Shown here piece by piece: positions 1 to 10,021 of a stretch of DNA of 64,000 nucleotides. The DNA lies in IMG/VR virus record IMGVR_UViG_3300020456_000177, positions 1,719 to 65,718 of that record, one strand, 5' to 3'. A model generated the notes under the pieces. The model was not told where the DNA came from, ran no database searches, and saw only the letters and a list, made by a program, of their open reading frames with translations. The stretch is from a virus. Its lineage: Duplodnaviria; Caudoviricetes. Both the position numbers and the translations under genes were made by a program. Each line of letters starts with the position of its first letter. The first letter of the stretch is position 1.

Positions 1-341
1 CGAGAGGCATACTTGAGGATATTACTGCGGCAGAATGCTTCAGCATCACCGACAGACTCAATAAGATCTAAGGTTTGAATCTTAGATGAATAGTGTGCAT
101 TATAGGTACGGGAGATGTATTCTTCAATCTCCTTGATTGTTTTATCTTCACCATACTTCCAATTACTTGGAGGTTGCTTTGTCGGTTTGATTGCGTAATC
201 TTTAGCAGGTTTGATGTTCAAGTCATATGAGTTCATCTCCTGCAGATACTTTTCATACCGATCGTCAAGATCTTTCCAGATCTTCTCTTCAGGTTCAAGT
301 GATTCCATAGCGTCGTAAAGTAGAGACCAGGCATTGATCAT
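1..341 (-). CDS. Partial ORF running off the window; DUF3310/SaV-like protein
   Basis: Hand-translated from ATG 341: MINAWSLLYDAMES...WKYGEDKTIKEIEEYISRTYNAHY...IESVGDAEAFCRSNILKYASR; HY and FCxxNxxKY resemble DUF3310. Confidence 0.6.
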   Translation of the reverse strand, partial: MINAWSLLYDAMESLEPEEKIWKDLDDRYEKYLQEMNSYDLNIKPAKDYAIKPTKQPPSNWKYGEDKTIKEIEEYISRTYNAHYSSKIQTLDLIESVGDAEAFCRSNILKYAS

Positions 342-347
342 ATTATA

Positions 348-1409
348 TCATTCCTCCACGTTGCAGTCAACAACATTCACATCAGCATCGACTGCTTCAT
401 ACAAACTCATGAAGGCACTCTTGGTATCATCATCGAAACGATTCAAACCAAGATTGATTGCCTTTGCTTTGTCTTCAAAGATATTGAAAGCATTGATGAT
501 GTGAACCAATCGACGGGTGCTGATAACCTCATCAACACCACCTTCCTTGAAAGTCTTACGGATGATATCAGCCCAGTCTGCCAAACGTTTGCAGAAGAGG
601 GTATCATCACACAGTTTATTCAAGATACGTGTCTCAATGGCAGCACTAGGATACTCTTGCTCCAGGGTGATGCAGAACCTCTCTAGAAAGGCTTCGTTGA
701 GCACGTTAGTACCGATGAATCGTCCGTCGTCGGATCCTTTTCCCTTAGTATTTGCGGTGGCGAATACTTGGAAACCCTCCTTGGCTTTAACGACTCGGCC
801 AATTTTCTTGAGAAAAACTCCTTTTCCCTCAAGGATTGACTGAAGGCAGAGGATTTTGTTACTTGCAAGGTCGATTTCATCGAGCAATAGTACGGCACCT
901 CGTTCAAGGGCTTCAATGACTGGTCCATTGTGCCAGACGGTTTCACCATTAACAAGGCGGAACCCGCCAATAAGATCATCTTCATCAGTTTCGATGGTAA
1001 TGTTTACACGGATGAGTTCTCGTTCGGTTTGAGCACAAGCTTGCTCAACACAGAACGTTTTACCGTTTCCAGACAGTCCAGTAATGAACGTCGGATAGAA
1101 CATCCCAGATTGAATGATCTTTTTAATATCACCGAAGTTACCAAAGCGGACGAAGGTATCACTTTTTTCTGGAATAAGATTAGTTTCAAATGCAGGTGTA
1201 GCAGCAGGTGCTTCATATGACTGCTCAAGTTGTTCCTTGACAGTCAGATCCCACTTGCCACGTCCTACCTTGTACTGTTCCAGTTTCTTGGAAACAGTAG
1301 GATATGTGGTGCCATTCATTGCACACCAGGCACGGATATCAGCACCAGTCACTTGATCACCATACAGGTTCTGAAGTGAAGTGCGAATGTATTCAACCGA
1401 AAGAGACAT
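348..1409 (-). CDS. cobS: MoxR/CbbQ-type AAA+ ATPase (cyanophage 'CobS')
   Basis: Walker A GLSGNGKT, Walker B LLLDEID, ATANT, LNEAFLERF, ISTRRL; start 1409 (MSLSV) or 1421. Confidence 0.85.
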   Translation of the reverse strand: MSLSVEYIRTSLQNLYGDQVTGADIRAWCAMNGTTYPTVSKKLEQYKVGRGKWDLTVKEQLEQSYEAPAATPAFETNLIPEKSDTFVRFGNFGDIKKIIQSGMFYPTFITGLSGNGKTFCVEQACAQTERELIRVNITIETDEDDLIGGFRLVNGETVWHNGPVIEALERGAVLLLDEIDLASNKILCLQSILEGKGVFLKKIGRVVKAKEGFQVFATANTKGKGSDDGRFIGTNVLNEAFLERFCITLEQEYPSAAIETRILNKLCDDTLFCKRLADWADIIRKTFKEGGVDEVISTRRLVHIINAFNIFEDKAKAINLGLNRFDDDTKSAFMSLYEAVDADVNVVDCNVEE

Positions 1410-1433
1410 GATGTGTTTCATCTGTATGCATAC

Positions 1434-1490
1434 ATTATACGATGAAAACCATATCTATATCTATGTTGGTAGACAGTTGGTTGGTTGTCA
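1434..1490 (-). promoter_or_regulatory. Operator-promoter upstream of the AAA ATPase
   Basis: Minus strand TGACAACCAACCAACTGTCTAC-N29-TATAAT-N5-CAT; same geometry as four other sites. Confidence 0.65.
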
Positions 1491-1682
1491 CATCTCCCTG
1501 AATTTATAATCAAGGATGATGCGATACAGATTGTCCTTCAACAGGAAAAGATGCTCCTGCTCTAAAGGATTGCCACCAGCCCACATTTCTATGTGCTTAT
1601 TGACACTCAGATAGAGCAAGTAAACATCTTCTATCGCAAACTCAACCTTATATACGTCTATTGGTTGGTCCTCTTCAGACAT
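1488..1682 (-). CDS. Hypothetical protein
   Basis: ORF track 1488..1733; likely start MSEEDQ at 1682, avoiding overlap with the upstream gene. Confidence 0.55.
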   Translation of the reverse strand: MSEEDQPIDVYKVEFAIEDVYLLYLSVNKHIEMWAGGNPLEQEHLFLLKDNLYRIILDYKFREM

Positions 1683-1725
1683 AAGAATGATGTCTTTGTA
1701 TGGTACTATGTAGCCCCACAAACAA

Positions 1726-3819
1726 TTAGGCAATCAGTTTTATAAACTCATTTAGAACCTTTTTGTTTACTTTTTTAGATGCTAGAGACTTGCGAAATGC
1801 ACTCTTGATCTGGGATTTGGTGGCATCTTCCTTTACATCAAAGTCAGTGTCTGCCTGCAAACTATTAGAAAGCAATAAGAAATACTTATCGTATCCAGTA
1901 TTGTCAATGGCAACACTCTTTTCCTTTGTCAGGACATCAATATATGGTTGGAACTTGGCAACGTTGTATCGACTGTATCCACGAATCATGCGTGAGCAAT
2001 CACCCTTGGAACCAACACGGATACCCATGAAGTTAACGTTGGGGAAGTTTGCTTTGAGATTGTGCAACAGAGCAGCAGTAAACTCCCACTCAGTCTCTCC
2101 CATATGCTTGATATATCCAATCTTACGATCCCTAAGGAAAGTCTTATCAGGAACCCATGAACGACATCCCCACCGTCCATCATCATTTACATTTTTGTAA
2201 GACACCCAAACTGTATTATACAAAGGTGCTGCTTCACCATCTGTGAGAATAACTACATTCACATTCTGCAGATTGTACTTCTTAGTAAAAGTAGGAAGGA
2301 TTTGATGCAGAGTAACAAGAGTTTCATTCAATGGTGTACCACTGAGTCCAAACAGAGGGGGAGCATTATACATGGCATAAAGATTATCAGCCCTACCGAA
2401 AGAACACACAACCCTCCACAGATTCAAAAGTTGCTTTTCAGACTCTTTACTATTGACACTGCTGGTAAGCATGTGGAACAATCCAAAATACTCACTGATG
2501 TGAAATACATTATCCTGTTGCTTATATGGTTTGGGATGCGTCTCATCCCACTTGTTCTCAGACGTAAAAGCATATACATCATAAGGAATACCAACCTTAC
2601 GGCAGAACCAAACAAGGTTGTACAGTTGCTTGATAGTATCAAACAAACACTCAACCATAGATCCACTCCAGTCAAGAATGAACAGAAGTCCATGGTTCTT
2701 GCCACTAGGAACAACACTCACACGTTTGAATAGATCTTCATTGTATTTGTAACTGTGAAGTTTGATGCAATCAAGAACACCAGTGCGACTGGTTGTGGAT
2801 CGCAAATACTCATCTGCAGACTTCTTACATTCAAACTCCTTTACCAGGTAGTTGACTTCTTTCCGTGCAGATTCTTTAAACTCACGATATTTTTTATCAA
2901 CTGCATCAAAACAATCCGTATCCTCATACAGTTGCCAATGCTGATCTGCCATAGAGTGAGTTTTTTCGTTGTCGATGATGATGTGATCTAGATCAACCTC
3001 TGGACGAGTCAGATACAGGTTCTCCCTACCAAACATATCATTGTTTGCCAACTCGGCAAGTTTCTTATCAAAAGATTCCTGAGTTGAAGGAATCTCTTCA
3101 TCCATCTCATAGCTGGGTGTGTCTAGATCAGCATCTTTAAATCCACTATCATTCTCATCATCATGCTCAAACTCTTCAACGTCACCGTCTTCAGGTTGAG
3201 CATTCTCATCAATCAAACCTTCAGCACCATCAGTACCTTCTTTAGGATATGCCTGATCAATCTGACTAGGTATATGCAGATCGTTATTGTTTACATAATC
3301 ATACAGAACCTTAGCAGCAGCAACTGCTTCTTCAAAAGTCTCAGCATCACCAACGAGATTGACAATCACCATCTCAGGTGGAGTGAACCTCACGTTGAGG
3401 AAACTACCAACCTTGAAATATAGATTGATCTTGTCGGCAAGATTCATTGTATTGACATTCTTACCCTCAGTGGCAAAGAAGTCCATCTCATTGAGTTCTT
3501 TGTACCCACGAAAGAATGATCGAGGAATACCAGGATATTTACGTTTCATCAACTTCTCTACCCTCACATCTTCTGTGATGTTTACAAAAGACTTGCTGAC
3601 TTCAACATCGAAATCAGTGTTGGGTGTGAACAATGCATGAGCAACCTCATGTGCCACCAGCATGTCATATACAGACTCTGAAGCATCTTGCCAGATAGGA
3701 AGAGTCAAGAGACGACGATTGACATCGAACGATGCCGTCTCAACCTTCTTATGCTCAATGATTAGATCTTCAGTAGCAAGCAGCTTCGCAAGTTGTCCCT
3801 TGATTTCTTCGAATGACAT
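1726..3819 (-). CDS. HExxH metallopeptidase-like plus VWA domain protein (CobT-like AAA partner)
   Basis: N-terminal VAHEVAH and later ITEDVRVE; acidic linker; VWA MIDAS LDWSGSM, GTPL, LTDGE. Confidence 0.8.
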   Translation of the reverse strand: MSFEEIKGQLAKLLATEDLIIEHKKVETASFDVNRRLLTLPIWQDASESVYDMLVAHEVAHALFTPNTDFDVEVSKSFVNITEDVRVEKLMKRKYPGIPRSFFRGYKELNEMDFFATEGKNVNTMNLADKINLYFKVGSFLNVRFTPPEMVIVNLVGDAETFEEAVAAAKVLYDYVNNNDLHIPSQIDQAYPKEGTDGAEGLIDENAQPEDGDVEEFEHDDENDSGFKDADLDTPSYEMDEEIPSTQESFDKKLAELANNDMFGRENLYLTRPEVDLDHIIIDNEKTHSMADQHWQLYEDTDCFDAVDKKYREFKESARKEVNYLVKEFECKKSADEYLRSTTSRTGVLDCIKLHSYKYNEDLFKRVSVVPSGKNHGLLFILDWSGSMVECLFDTIKQLYNLVWFCRKVGIPYDVYAFTSENKWDETHPKPYKQQDNVFHISEYFGLFHMLTSSVNSKESEKQLLNLWRVVCSFGRADNLYAMYNAPPLFGLSGTPLNETLVTLHQILPTFTKKYNLQNVNVVILTDGEAAPLYNTVWVSYKNVNDDGRWGCRSWVPDKTFLRDRKIGYIKHMGETEWEFTAALLHNLKANFPNVNFMGIRVGSKGDCSRMIRGYSRYNVAKFQPYIDVLTKEKSVAIDNTGYDKYFLLLSNSLQADTDFDVKEDATKSQIKSAFRKSLASKKVNKKVLNEFIKLIA

Positions 3820-3840
3820 GACGTGCTTTCGTATGTGCCT

Positions 3841-3896
3841 ATTATAATACCCCCAGCAAGTGCCAGGGGTATGAGTGGACAGATCAAAAACCGGTT
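3841..3896 (-). promoter_or_regulatory. Operator-promoter upstream of the VWA gene
   Basis: Minus strand ...CTGTCCAC-N28-TATAAT-N5-CAT; spacer holds an ATACCCC/GGGGTAT inverted repeat. Confidence 0.65.
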
Positions 3897-4081
3897 CCTG
3901 ATTTTGGTTTGTCTAGGATTTCAATATGTGAAAGGAATGGATTCTTCTGAAACCAGATTCCTTGTGCTTGATCGTATGCTTCTACTTTGATTGCTTCACC
4001 ATTGCTAGCAACCACCTTGTAGTGGTGCCTATCATATGGTTTATTAGATGTTTGTGTGTAGAACAGAGGAAGTCCTGTCAT
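3884..4081 (-). CDS. Hypothetical protein
   Basis: 65-aa ORF coupled to gp46 by an ATGA overlap. Confidence 0.65.
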   Translation of the reverse strand: MTGLPLFYTQTSNKPYDRHHYKVVASNGEAIKVEAYDQAQGIWFQKNPFLSHIEILDKPKSGTGF

Positions 4082-5790
4082 GACAAGAGTTTACTAAAAC
4101 CTTTTACCTTGTCAAATTTTAGCACATTTTCGAACTTATCCAAGAGTTCTGTCTTGTGACTGATGACAAAGATGTTAGCACCTTTGATGACATACCGGAT
4201 GATCTTCAGGAATTCGTCTGTACCGAATCCATCCAGTGAACTATCAAACACCTCATCCATGATCAGGAGATTAGTGTTTGCAGAATTTTTAAACCTTGCA
4301 ACCTCTCTCCATGTAAAGAGAAGGGCCAAATCAATTCGCATTTTTTCACCTTCACTAAATGAAGAATATGAGAACTTGTCATGAATCGGAGATTGGATAG
4401 TCTCAACAAATTCTTCATCTAGTTTGAAGTTGATGTAGAAATCCATCAACTGAAGATAACGATTTACCTGCTGATTGATCAGGGGGAGATACTTCTTGAT
4501 AATTTTTGTTTTTACTCCACCATCCTTCAGGAGATTATGTGCGAAATTTTGATAATTGATCTCTTGCTTTTTCTTCGCAAGCTGATCAAATAGTGATTGT
4601 AGCCCTTCCCTTAAATGTTCTAGTTTCTCATGTTCAGCAGATCGGTTTTGTAACTGATCGGTAACAACTTGAACTTCCGATTGTAGATCTCTTGACTGTC
4701 TTTGCAGCCCAGATATTCTAGTATTGTTCTGAGAAATGTCATGTGATAGGGATGTAATCTCCTTAGTAAGTTTGGTGAAGAGAAGCTCTCGATTTTCTTC
4801 CTCCTTTATCGACTCCTCCAGTTGTTTAAAACCTTCTTGGAGTTCCTGTAACTTAGATTGAGCTTCACTAATTCTATCTAGGCGAAAGTCTTCTTCAATA
4901 TCCTGCTGACAGGTGGGACAAACCGTATTAGTTTCAAAGAACCCTTTATGTTCTGTAAGGGTTGATACTTTATTAGAGATTGCACCACGCAATGTACCCA
5001 ACTTACGAAGTTTTTTAGTGGCACCATTGAAAGATTCAACATCTTTGGTCTTACCATCAATCTTCTTATTCAGATCTCTATTCTTCAAAGACAGTTCATC
5101 AATCTCAAGATCAATCGTCTTGATCTTTGCATACTTCTGATTGATGACTTCCATTCCACGTTCTTCTAGATTCTCAATGAAGTCTTCTTGCATCTGCACT
5201 TTATCTTTGGCAGCATTCTTTTTGACATCAAGAGATCTAATAACTTCTTTATTCTGACGAATGTCTTCTTTGATCAGATTATTCATTGCAGAGAACACAC
5301 GAATATCAAGCAAGTCCTCAATCACCTCACGTCGGTGAGTTGATGTCAGTTGCATGAAAGGAGTGAACCCAGCAGATCCAAGAATCACAATCTGAGTAAA
5401 TGACTTATAGTTCAGTTTGAGAATATGCTCTTCTAGGATCTTCTGATTAGCACGATCGTCTGCTTCCTTGTGAAGCATCTCACCATTGACAATAATATCA
5501 AATACGTTTGGTTTGATACCACGTCGTACAGTGTATTGTCTACTGCCAACTTTGAAATCAATCTCAACCACACAGTTCTTCTCATTGACAGAGTTGATCA
5601 ACTGTGGTTTGTTGATCTTACGATATGGTTTGTTGAACAAAACAAAGCACAGTGCATCCAGAATAGTGGACTTACCAGCACCATTGCTACCAACAATTAG
5701 ATTGGTTTCATTCTCAACGAAAGAAATTGTAGTTGGCACATCACCTGTGCTCAAAAAATTCTTCCAAGTAATTTTTTCAAACAGAATCAT
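4078..5790 (-). CDS. g46: Recombination endonuclease ATPase subunit gp46 (Rad50/SbcC-like)
   Basis: KNFLSTG, Walker A GSNGAGKS, zinc hook CPTC, signature FSEGE, Walker B LIMDEVFD, ISH. Confidence 0.95.
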   Translation of the reverse strand: MILFEKITWKNFLSTGDVPTTISFVENETNLIVGSNGAGKSTILDALCFVLFNKPYRKINKPQLINSVNEKNCVVEIDFKVGSRQYTVRRGIKPNVFDIIVNGEMLHKEADDRANQKILEEHILKLNYKSFTQIVILGSAGFTPFMQLTSTHRREVIEDLLDIRVFSAMNNLIKEDIRQNKEVIRSLDVKKNAAKDKVQMQEDFIENLEERGMEVINQKYAKIKTIDLEIDELSLKNRDLNKKIDGKTKDVESFNGATKKLRKLGTLRGAISNKVSTLTEHKGFFETNTVCPTCQQDIEEDFRLDRISEAQSKLQELQEGFKQLEESIKEEENRELLFTKLTKEITSLSHDISQNNTRISGLQRQSRDLQSEVQVVTDQLQNRSAEHEKLEHLREGLQSLFDQLAKKKQEINYQNFAHNLLKDGGVKTKIIKKYLPLINQQVNRYLQLMDFYINFKLDEEFVETIQSPIHDKFSYSSFSEGEKMRIDLALLFTWREVARFKNSANTNLLIMDEVFDSSLDGFGTDEFLKIIRYVIKGANIFVISHKTELLDKFENVLKFDKVKGFSKLLS

Positions 5791-6049
5791 CTTCTTGCTT
5801 TGGTGGAATCACAATGTCTTCAGACTTAATCACACAGTATTTGTAATTATAAGCGTCACATGCCTTCATGGCAAGCTCATCGTCTACTTCTACTACATTT
5901 AATTTCTTATGGTTCTCATCATTCTCCCAAAGTAGTCCCAAATATCTCTCAGCATCATCCTCTTCCTCAAACAGAAAAAGAACATTCTCACCCCTTTCAT
6001 CTACTACTGCGTAGGCTCCAGTTGCTGATTTTGATGCTAGCAAAAACAT
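5777..6049 (-). CDS. Hypothetical protein between g47 and g46
   Basis: 90-aa ORF overlapping both neighbours; FEEEDDAERY motif. Confidence 0.7.
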   Translation of the reverse strand: MFLLASKSATGAYAVVDERGENVLFLFEEEDDAERYLGLLWENDENHKKLNVVEVDDELAMKACDAYNYKYCVIKSEDIVIPPKQEDDSV

Positions 6050-7089
6050 TATTCTACTTCACATGCCTCTCGATAGATTGACTCAAACAAACCTTTGATA
6101 ATATTCTTATCTAGTTCTGTTTCTGATTCATCAATGTATCGATTAAGAATAGACATGGTGTTCTCAGACTCTTCTACTTCAAAGTCTTCATTCTCTTCCA
6201 GTACAAAATTCTCAATAATTTTTACCTCTGTGGCAACACTGGTAATCTTGTCAATGAATTTTTCAAACTCTTTTGCATCTGATTTCTGTCGAACAATCAC
6301 CTTGCAGATTTTGTTCTGATATTCGGTAACATCAAAAAGTTGATGTGGTTGATCCTCATAGTAAATGTTGTAGAACATCCTATTTGGATTATTAACTGGT
6401 GTGTGTTCTAGAGTCTCAGTATCAAAGATATGAAACCCTCTACAATCATTCACATCATTCCAGAACATCTCATAAGGATTGCCAAGATAGAATACCTTAC
6501 CATCATCAGATCTAGTGTGATAGTGTCCAGAGAATACTTTCTTGAACTTCTGAATCAATCTGATATCATCTCTTGCCTCTTCCTGAACGTGTCCTCTGTG
6601 TGCTCTGAATCCGTTCAATTCAAGGTGACCCATGGCAATCTCTGCATCACTTGAATCAATGGCATTGTACGTCTCTTTACGATTTTCATCGTTGATCCAT
6701 GGCAAGAATAAAATCTTGCGTCCATCAATTACATGTTCGGCAGCAGAAGAAATACTGACGACGTTATCATACTCTCGTAATAGAAGACTGACAGTGTTAA
6801 CCTCATTAGTGTTTTTGTAGTAGGCAGTGTGATTTCCCACAACAGTGTAAACGTCCACCCCAAGATCCCTAAGACGGTCATAATAATTCGTCTTAGCCCA
6901 GTCCAGAGCCCAGAGATCAATTTGCCTACGGTGATCAAAAGTATCCCCGAGATCGAGAACACACTTGATAGATTCTCTCTCAAGAGTTGGGAAAAATACT
7001 TCATTGTAGAACTTTAAAAAGTATTCATGAAAAAACTTACTACCCTTTCTAGCACCAAAGTGTTGGTCAGTAATTATGGCACACTTCAT
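6049..7089 (-). CDS. g47: Recombination endonuclease subunit gp47 (Mre11/SbcD-like)
   Basis: Metallophosphoesterase motifs TDQHFG, LGDTFD, VGNH, SGHYH. Confidence 0.95.
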   Translation of the reverse strand: MKCAIITDQHFGARKGSKFFHEYFLKFYNEVFFPTLERESIKCVLDLGDTFDHRRQIDLWALDWAKTNYYDRLRDLGVDVYTVVGNHTAYYKNTNEVNTVSLLLREYDNVVSISSAAEHVIDGRKILFLPWINDENRKETYNAIDSSDAEIAMGHLELNGFRAHRGHVQEEARDDIRLIQKFKKVFSGHYHTRSDDGKVFYLGNPYEMFWNDVNDCRGFHIFDTETLEHTPVNNPNRMFYNIYYEDQPHQLFDVTEYQNKICKVIVRQKSDAKEFEKFIDKITSVATEVKIIENFVLEENEDFEVEESENTMSILNRYIDESETELDKNIIKGLFESIYREACEVE

Positions 7090-7628
7090 TGACGATTGAG
7101 TTTGTGATGAATTTTTTCTTTAATACTATTATAATCGGAAGACGTACCGTTTGCACCATCCTCTACAACCATGACATGATCGTATCCTGTCTTCTCAATA
7201 ATTTTAGTTTTAATTTCTAATTGCTTCTTCTCTTTCTGAATCCTACGCAGGAATGCATAGTGAATAATTTGAGTGAAGTATGCAAAAGGATTCTTTGACT
7301 TCTCTGGATCAAAGTTATGGATATACTGAACACAATTTTCAATACCATCAGAGATCATATCTTCTCTGAACATGTAATTAACAAAGTTTGGTTTGTATGA
7401 CAAGTGAGTTGCAATCTTCAGAAAACAGTCACCTAGGTAATTTGGAATACGTGGTTTACCTGGCCACCTCTTTGCTCTTTCTTTTCTGGCAACTTGTTCT
7501 TCAAAATCACTAAGGTCTACATTGAAATGTTTCTTATAAGACTTTTCAACCTTTGATCGATAAACGACCATTGCCTCAAGCAATTCTTTGTTGTTTACAT
7601 AATGTTCTGATCTCTGTTTGAAAGGCAT
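7086..7628 (-). CDS. g55: Late transcription sigma factor gp55
   Basis: HYVNNKELL, YKPNFVNY, EDMISDGIENC, NPFAYFTQIIHYAFLRRIQKEKKQ. Confidence 0.95.
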   Translation of the reverse strand: MPFKQRSEHYVNNKELLEAMVVYRSKVEKSYKKHFNVDLSDFEEQVARKERAKRWPGKPRIPNYLGDCFLKIATHLSYKPNFVNYMFREDMISDGIENCVQYIHNFDPEKSKNPFAYFTQIIHYAFLRRIQKEKKQLEIKTKIIEKTGYDHVMVVEDGANGTSSDYNSIKEKIHHKLNRQ

Positions 7629-7657
7629 GGCATTTGTCTATCTCTAAATGTATTCAT

Positions 7658-7707
7658 ATTATAACATAAAATCAACACTTGACAAGTAATGAAAACACAT
7701 GTAGACT
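7658..7707. promoter_or_regulatory. Divergent overlapping sigma70-type promoters (- strand for g55; + strand antisense)
   Basis: Minus: TTGTCA-N16-TATAAT with TGn extension (-10 at 7658-7663). Plus: TTGACA 7679-7684, N17, TAGACT 7702-7707. Confidence 0.6.
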
Positions 7708-7714
7708 AACTCTG

Positions 7715-8137
7715 TCAGGGTTGATCGGAGATCTCTAGCTTATATATTTCTTCTAGTTTAATTCTAGCTTCAGGTACAGTTCCTAAGTAACCCATCTTCT
7801 GATCAGGTGTTACCTGTTTGCTACCATCATCATCTTCATCCTCTTCTAGAAGATCTTCATCTAGATACTTCTTATAGAATTTGATGATATCTTTGTTTGT
7901 AATTTCTGAAATAGTAATAACTTTATCCATTGGGATGGTAAAGACTTCTTCATCAGATATTTTCATCCAAGGTTCTATCTTTACACCAGAGTGAAATCCT
8001 CTCTTGATTACTTTCATAATCACAGGATTTTCTAGGATTACTACATGTTTGCCTTCTTTATCTTTATCAAACATGGCAGTGGAGAATATTTCTTCTCCAG
8101 TAACTAGTTTTAGAACGCAGTAAAAGTCATCTTGCAT
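7715..8137 (-). CDS. Hypothetical protein, Sm-like fold suspected
   Basis: LKLVTGEEI, LENP, EPWM; usual position between uvsW and g55. Confidence 0.7.
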   Translation of the reverse strand: MQDDFYCVLKLVTGEEIFSTAMFDKDKEGKHVVILENPVIMKVIKRGFHSGVKIEPWMKISDEEVFTIPMDKVITISEITNKDIIKFYKKYLDEDLLEEDEDDDGSKQVTPDQKMGYLGTVPEARIKLEEIYKLEISDQP

Positions 8138-9593
8138 TTTCTTTAAAATTAATGTTTACTATTTCATAGTTAAAATCTTCTTCATTATAGATTTTGATTC
8201 TCTCTACTAAGTGGTTGAGTGTGTAATTTCTTCTTGTCTTATAACTGCAATCGTCTGCAATATCGAATAGTGTGGCAGCAAATTTGTTACTACCCTTTCT
8301 AAGAACCCTACCAATACTCTGGAGGTTTCTTACTCTGGACTTTGAAGGTGAGGCAAAGATGACGTTATGTAGATTCTTAATATTAATTCCAGTTGAAAAA
8401 GTACCGTAAGAAGCAATGATGATTGCGTTGGTTTCTGCTTCTGTAATTGATCTTGCACTCTCTCTTTCTTCTACATCAACACCACCGTGGATGAAGAATA
8501 CTTTTCTGTCTTCTTTTACATTGCTATTTATTAAATCGTATAATACTTGACCATGATCTTCTACTCTAGAAAAGAGTACAAGAGTGTTGCCTTTCTGGTC
8601 ACATGCAAGGTTTCTAATAAATTTATTTCTCTTTTCATGTGTTATTAAGTATTGCACTTCATCTTCATATGTGTCAAACTTTTGAGGAGAGTGTTTCAAT
8701 AACAAAATTTTGGCGTTAAAATTAGCAAGATAACCTTTCTGAATAAGTTCGTCAGTACCGATAATTTTATGTGCAGGTCCAAACAGTCCCTCTAACACCC
8801 ACTTATGGGTCTGTGTGCCGTCTAAGGTGCCTGTGAACCCATATCGATACTTTGCATCACACAACTTTGTCATGATGCTTATAAGGGACTTAGACTTGAA
8901 CAGATGAGCTTCGTCACCAATAACAACTTCAAATCTCTCAAAGTAACTTTTCGGTAACTTATAGATAGATTGCCAGGTTGTAATTACTACTGGAGCACCA
9001 GTATCTTTCTCCTTACCAGCATATACCTTGTGGCAATATGACTCAACATCCCAACCATAATCCTGAAAGTCTTTATACATCTGCTCTACGAGAGAAGTCG
9101 TTGGAACTACTAGCAGGATGTTTTTGCTGTGATCTGTATAATATCTCACGATTGAGTAAATCATCAGAGATTTACCAGAAGCAGTGGGAGATATCATTAA
9201 CCTTCTATTGTGTCTTAGAGCATCATATACTCCCTCTATTTGATAAGGTCTCGGATCATACCGAGAAATAGACTTCATATAATCCTTTACACCCTCCTGA
9301 GAGATCATCTCATTTCTCTCAAAGGGTAGACCATAGTATTTGTTATTCTTGAAAGAGAATTCATACTTCATCTCTTCACAGAATTTGACTACCTTGTGAA
9401 GCAGACCGGCATAGATCTCACCGTTAGATTGATTGAACAATCTGATCTTGCCATCCCAGTATTTGTTACGATACTGTGGCATGAATTTTGCACCAGGTAC
9501 ATCAAAGGTAAACGTATCCGAAAGCTCCATATAGACATGGGGCTCTGCCTCAATTCTGAGGTATACCTCGTTCTTCTTTGATATAGAAATCAT
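8127..9593 (-). CDS. uvsW: UvsW SF2 helicase
   Basis: WDGKIRLF, PTASGKS, DEAH, GFTGT, QSIGRVLR; likely start MISISKK at 9593. Confidence 0.95.
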   Translation of the reverse strand: MISISKKNEVYLRIEAEPHVYMELSDTFTFDVPGAKFMPQYRNKYWDGKIRLFNQSNGEIYAGLLHKVVKFCEEMKYEFSFKNNKYYGLPFERNEMISQEGVKDYMKSISRYDPRPYQIEGVYDALRHNRRLMISPTASGKSLMIYSIVRYYTDHSKNILLVVPTTSLVEQMYKDFQDYGWDVESYCHKVYAGKEKDTGAPVVITTWQSIYKLPKSYFERFEVVIGDEAHLFKSKSLISIMTKLCDAKYRYGFTGTLDGTQTHKWVLEGLFGPAHKIIGTDELIQKGYLANFNAKILLLKHSPQKFDTYEDEVQYLITHEKRNKFIRNLACDQKGNTLVLFSRVEDHGQVLYDLINSNVKEDRKVFFIHGGVDVEERESARSITEAETNAIIIASYGTFSTGINIKNLHNVIFASPSKSRVRNLQSIGRVLRKGSNKFAATLFDIADDCSYKTRRNYTLNHLVERIKIYNEEDFNYEIVNINFKENAR

Positions 9594-10021
9594 CAGAATC
9601 CTCTTTGGAAATTCTGCCACTCAATTGCGTTCTTGATTTGATAAGTTCGATTGCTTATCTGCTTCAATATGCTCTCAAGATACGTGAGCATGGCATCATG
9701 GTAATCAATTTTTAATCGAATTTTTTGGAGTGCTGGATCAGCATCCAAGTGATAATTGAGAGAGTCTTTCTCTCTTACTTTATATGGGAAGGGATCGTCT
9801 TCGTAGACTTCTGGATCTGCCTTACCATTGTAATAATTTCTGCGTTCAAGATATTTTGTTTTGTGGTTGTGCTCTTCTTTCTTTTTCAAGAGAAGCACTG
9901 TATTATATAGTTCGTGATATTTGGCGTGTAATCTGGGAGTCTTGATTGACTCTTCATGCAAGTTGTCTGGATCAATGATGGAGTCTTGCGACCACATCTC
10001 ATTAATAAGGTCTAGATTCAT
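9593..10021 (-). CDS. uvsY: UvsY recombination mediator
   Basis: DSIIDPDNL, LHAKY, YYNGK, RTYQIKNAIEW; synteny g3-uvsY-uvsW. Confidence 0.9.
   Translation of the reverse strand: MNLDLINEMWSQDSIIDPDNLHEESIKTPRLHAKYHELYNTVLLLKKKEEHNHKTKYLERRNYYNGKADPEVYEDDPFPYKVREKDSLNYHLDADPALQKIRLKIDYHDAMLTYLESILKQISNRTYQIKNAIEWQNFQRGF

Noticed and set aside
348-1409. Cobalamin biosynthesis auxiliary metabolic gene
   Set aside because: No CobN or other cob genes in the window; the motifs support only a generic MoxR-type AAA+ ATPase
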